A stretch of 61,728 nucleotides of DNA, the filler included, from Deltaproteobacteria bacterium (GTDB lineage: Bacteria > JAUYMQ01), in the NCBI GenBank assembly GCA_030698575.1. It is 12 parts of 12 records of this genome, joined end to end, with 100 filler letters (N's around TTAATTAATTAA, not from the genome) between each part and the next. Parts side by side here need not be neighbours in the genome. Positions count along the whole stretch, not along the records: positions 58,516 to 61,728 come from JAUYMQ010000300.1; 11 more parts are not named here. The stretch is one strand, 5' to 3'. The first letter of the stretch is position 1, and the number at the start of each line of letters is the position of its first letter. A program made the position numbers and the translations under genes. The notes under the pieces are model-generated. The model had not been told where the DNA came from and did no database searches. It worked only from the letters and a program-made list of their open reading frames with translations. Shown in pieces: positions 59,991-61,728 of the stretch.

Positions 59991-60055
59991 CGACAGGTCT
60001 CGGTACGGCAAGCCTTTCCTGCCGCCGATCCGAGACTTCCGCCTGGCTCTAGCCG

Positions 60056-60679
60056 TTAGATCCGGTCCGACTTTGGGGGAACTGCCAGTCTGGGCAACAC
60101 CACCCACTCCGCGATGATCAGGTTGATCGTCCACGAGGCCCAGGCGACGATCGTGTAGAACTCCGACGGTGCAAACCCAACCCAGCCGAGCAATGGCATT
60201 CCCACGCGCAACGTCACGGCTGCGAAGGTGAGCGCGAAGGAGCGTATCATCCAGGCTTGGTGTTGAGCCCACCGCTTTGTGTACGCGCTCACCAGCGCCA
60301 TCGTCGTTGAGAAGGCCCAGATAACCGCAAGCATGTTGAAGGCGAAGGCGTTGGCGCCAACGCCCAGAGGGGTTCGAGCCAGCACCAGAGCGCCCCCTAC
60401 GCCAGCGGCGACACTGACGATGTAGCCGTATCCGATCGTCCTGTGCACGAGCGGGAAATTCCGTCGAAGAACTCCCAGGAACTGAAGCGGCCCGAGCATC
60501 AGAGCGATCAGTCCGCCTCCGGCGTGGAGGCGCAGCGCTATCTCCTCGCTTGGCGGGTTTGGGTGCAGGGGCAGCTCGCCGACGGGCGCCCACAAATAGG
60601 GCAGGGCCTGTGAGGCGAAATAGGCCGAGGCGAGTGCGAATATGGCCCATCCGAACCAAACAAACAGATTGCGTCTCAT
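60056..60679 (-). CDS. DUF2306 membrane protein
   Basis: LH..GG..AL.LGPLQF, HR.IG..Y, H..WMIRSFALTFAAVTLR; GGAGG RBS. Confidence 0.85.
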   Translation of the reverse strand: MRRNLFVWFGWAIFALASAYFASQALPYLWAPVGELPLHPNPPSEEIALRLHAGGGLIALMLGPLQFLGVLRRNFPLVHRTIGYGYIVSVAAGVGGALVLARTPLGVGANAFAFNMLAVIWAFSTTMALVSAYTKRWAQHQAWMIRSFALTFAAVTLRVGMPLLGWVGFAPSEFYTIVAWASWTINLIIAEWVVLPRLAVPPKSDRI

Positions 60680-61148
60680 GGCATCCTCCGTGCGCAGAAG
60701 TCGCCCGCAGGCGGCGTTATCGGGTGGCGTTGTTGATGTCCGCTCACACGGGAACAGAGCTTCTGCGCCAAGGGAGCAGCGAGCGGTCAGGCGCCTGGGC
60801 CGGCGGTGTTGGACAGCGTGTGCATTGCAGAACCCTGGCTGCCATGCCTCGCCCCGTCGCCTCACAACCGGATGTGAGCCGTCTCCTGGCAAAGCCTCGC
60901 CGCCCGCGGTTCCTTTCCGGGCGTCCCTCACCGCCATCCTTTCAGGATGAGGCAAACCGCCATGCGCCAGATCAGTACCACCGGACCTGCGATGCCTTCG
61001 GCCAGGGACCTGAGTAGGGGCCGATAGTTGCGCAGAAGACCCATGAAGCCTGGCCCCATAGTCCAGGCTTGGCATCGTTTCGGCCTGGGCTTTCGGGCCG
61101 GCCGCCAAGACACTGACGTCTGCAACAAGGCCGCTCGGCTCGTTCAAC

Positions 61149-61728
61149 CTAGCTTGTCCGCGCCGCAGCGAGCTCCAGTTCCAGGCCCATCACATTGAGG
61201 AATGGAAGAAGACGTCGGGGCAGATCGTAGGTGTTGAGCTCGGGGAACCGAGCGGCCAGCCGGTCCACCATTTCTCTACGTGCGGCCTGGGTGAACTGGC
61301 CGTCTGCCCCGAAGTCACCCCGGGCGACATATTCCTTTCCGAGATCGAGAAGGAACTGGACCTGGGTCGCGTTCTCACTGAGGACAGCGGAAAGGGGCCC
61401 CGGATCATAGTGCCCTGAGTAGACAGCCCTCACATCGGGGAACGCAGTACCCAGCGCTTCCAACTGCGTCAGGAAGGCGGACGGCCGCCCCTCTCCGACA
61501 TAAACCCAAGCCCCACGCACTGTGGCGTCGCCGCTAAAGAGCGCAGATGTCTCCCGGCTGAAAACAACTGTGTTGTTGCTGGCCTCGAGAGGGCCGAGGT
61601 CCTGAAGGGTGAAATGCATGCCCGCGAGCTCGATTTCGGTCCCCGAGGGCACGATCCGATCGGGCGCGGGCAGGTCATGGTCGAAATCGTCGCCAAAGCC
61701 CTGGACGCCCCCTTCGGCGACCGAACGG
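61149..61728 (-). CDS. metallo-beta-lactamase-fold hydrolase (5' partial)
   Basis: LFSGD and VYSGH motifs; frame open to the window end. Confidence 0.7.
   Translation of the reverse strand, partial: RSVAEGGVQGFGDDFDHDLPAPDRIVPSGTEIELAGMHFTLQDLGPLEASNNTVVFSRETSALFSGDATVRGAWVYVGEGRPSAFLTQLEALGTAFPDVRAVYSGHYDPGPLSAVLSENATQVQFLLDLGKEYVARGDFGADGQFTQAARREMVDRLAARFPELNTYDLPRRLLPFLNVMGLELELAAARTS

Noticed and set aside
60680-61147. N-terminal extension of the DUF2306 ORF to 363 aa
   Set aside because: The extension is not protein-like, and a good RBS precedes the ATG at 60679.

Overview
The window is not one contiguous locus. It is 12 contigs joined by artificial 100-nt N-linkers with a central TTAATTAATTAA, probably a metagenome bin. 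Contigs: 1-8542, 8643-19899, 20000-23418, 23519-27000, 27101-29818, 29919-33461, 33562-39902, 40003-43373, 43474-47613, 47714-55570, 55671-58415, 58516-61728. Most are high-GC housekeeping regions: ispD-ispF-cysS, uvrB, pcrA/uvrD, truA-rplM-rpsI-argC, gatCAB, plsB, a ClC channel, and a peptidoglycan turnover/recycling cluster (peptide-type ABC transporter-nagZ-amgK-murU-like, divergent from dacB and a LysM lytic transglycosylase). The most interesting parts are accessory. (i) Contig 11 is a RadC-flanked XRE / ImmA-IrrE peptidase / putative nuclease / HNH operon preceded by two abutting palindromic operator-like sites, a candidate inducible defence or TA module. (ii) Contig 6 is a phage-like ParB / C5-methyltransferase / small-terminase block, with a 7-bp x5 slippage repeat inside the methyltransferase, a tRNA-3'-half-like element at its end, and an in-frame amber codon in terS. 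(iii) A double-hotdog (PaaI-like) / class III nucleotide cyclase fusion. (iv) A GSU2403-type nucleotidyltransferase with two matching inverted repeats over its start. Assembly problems are also visible: a chimeric junction near 20310, a diverged second copy of the pcrA 3' end, and probably mixed taxa. All family calls come from motif recognition by eye; no database searches were run.
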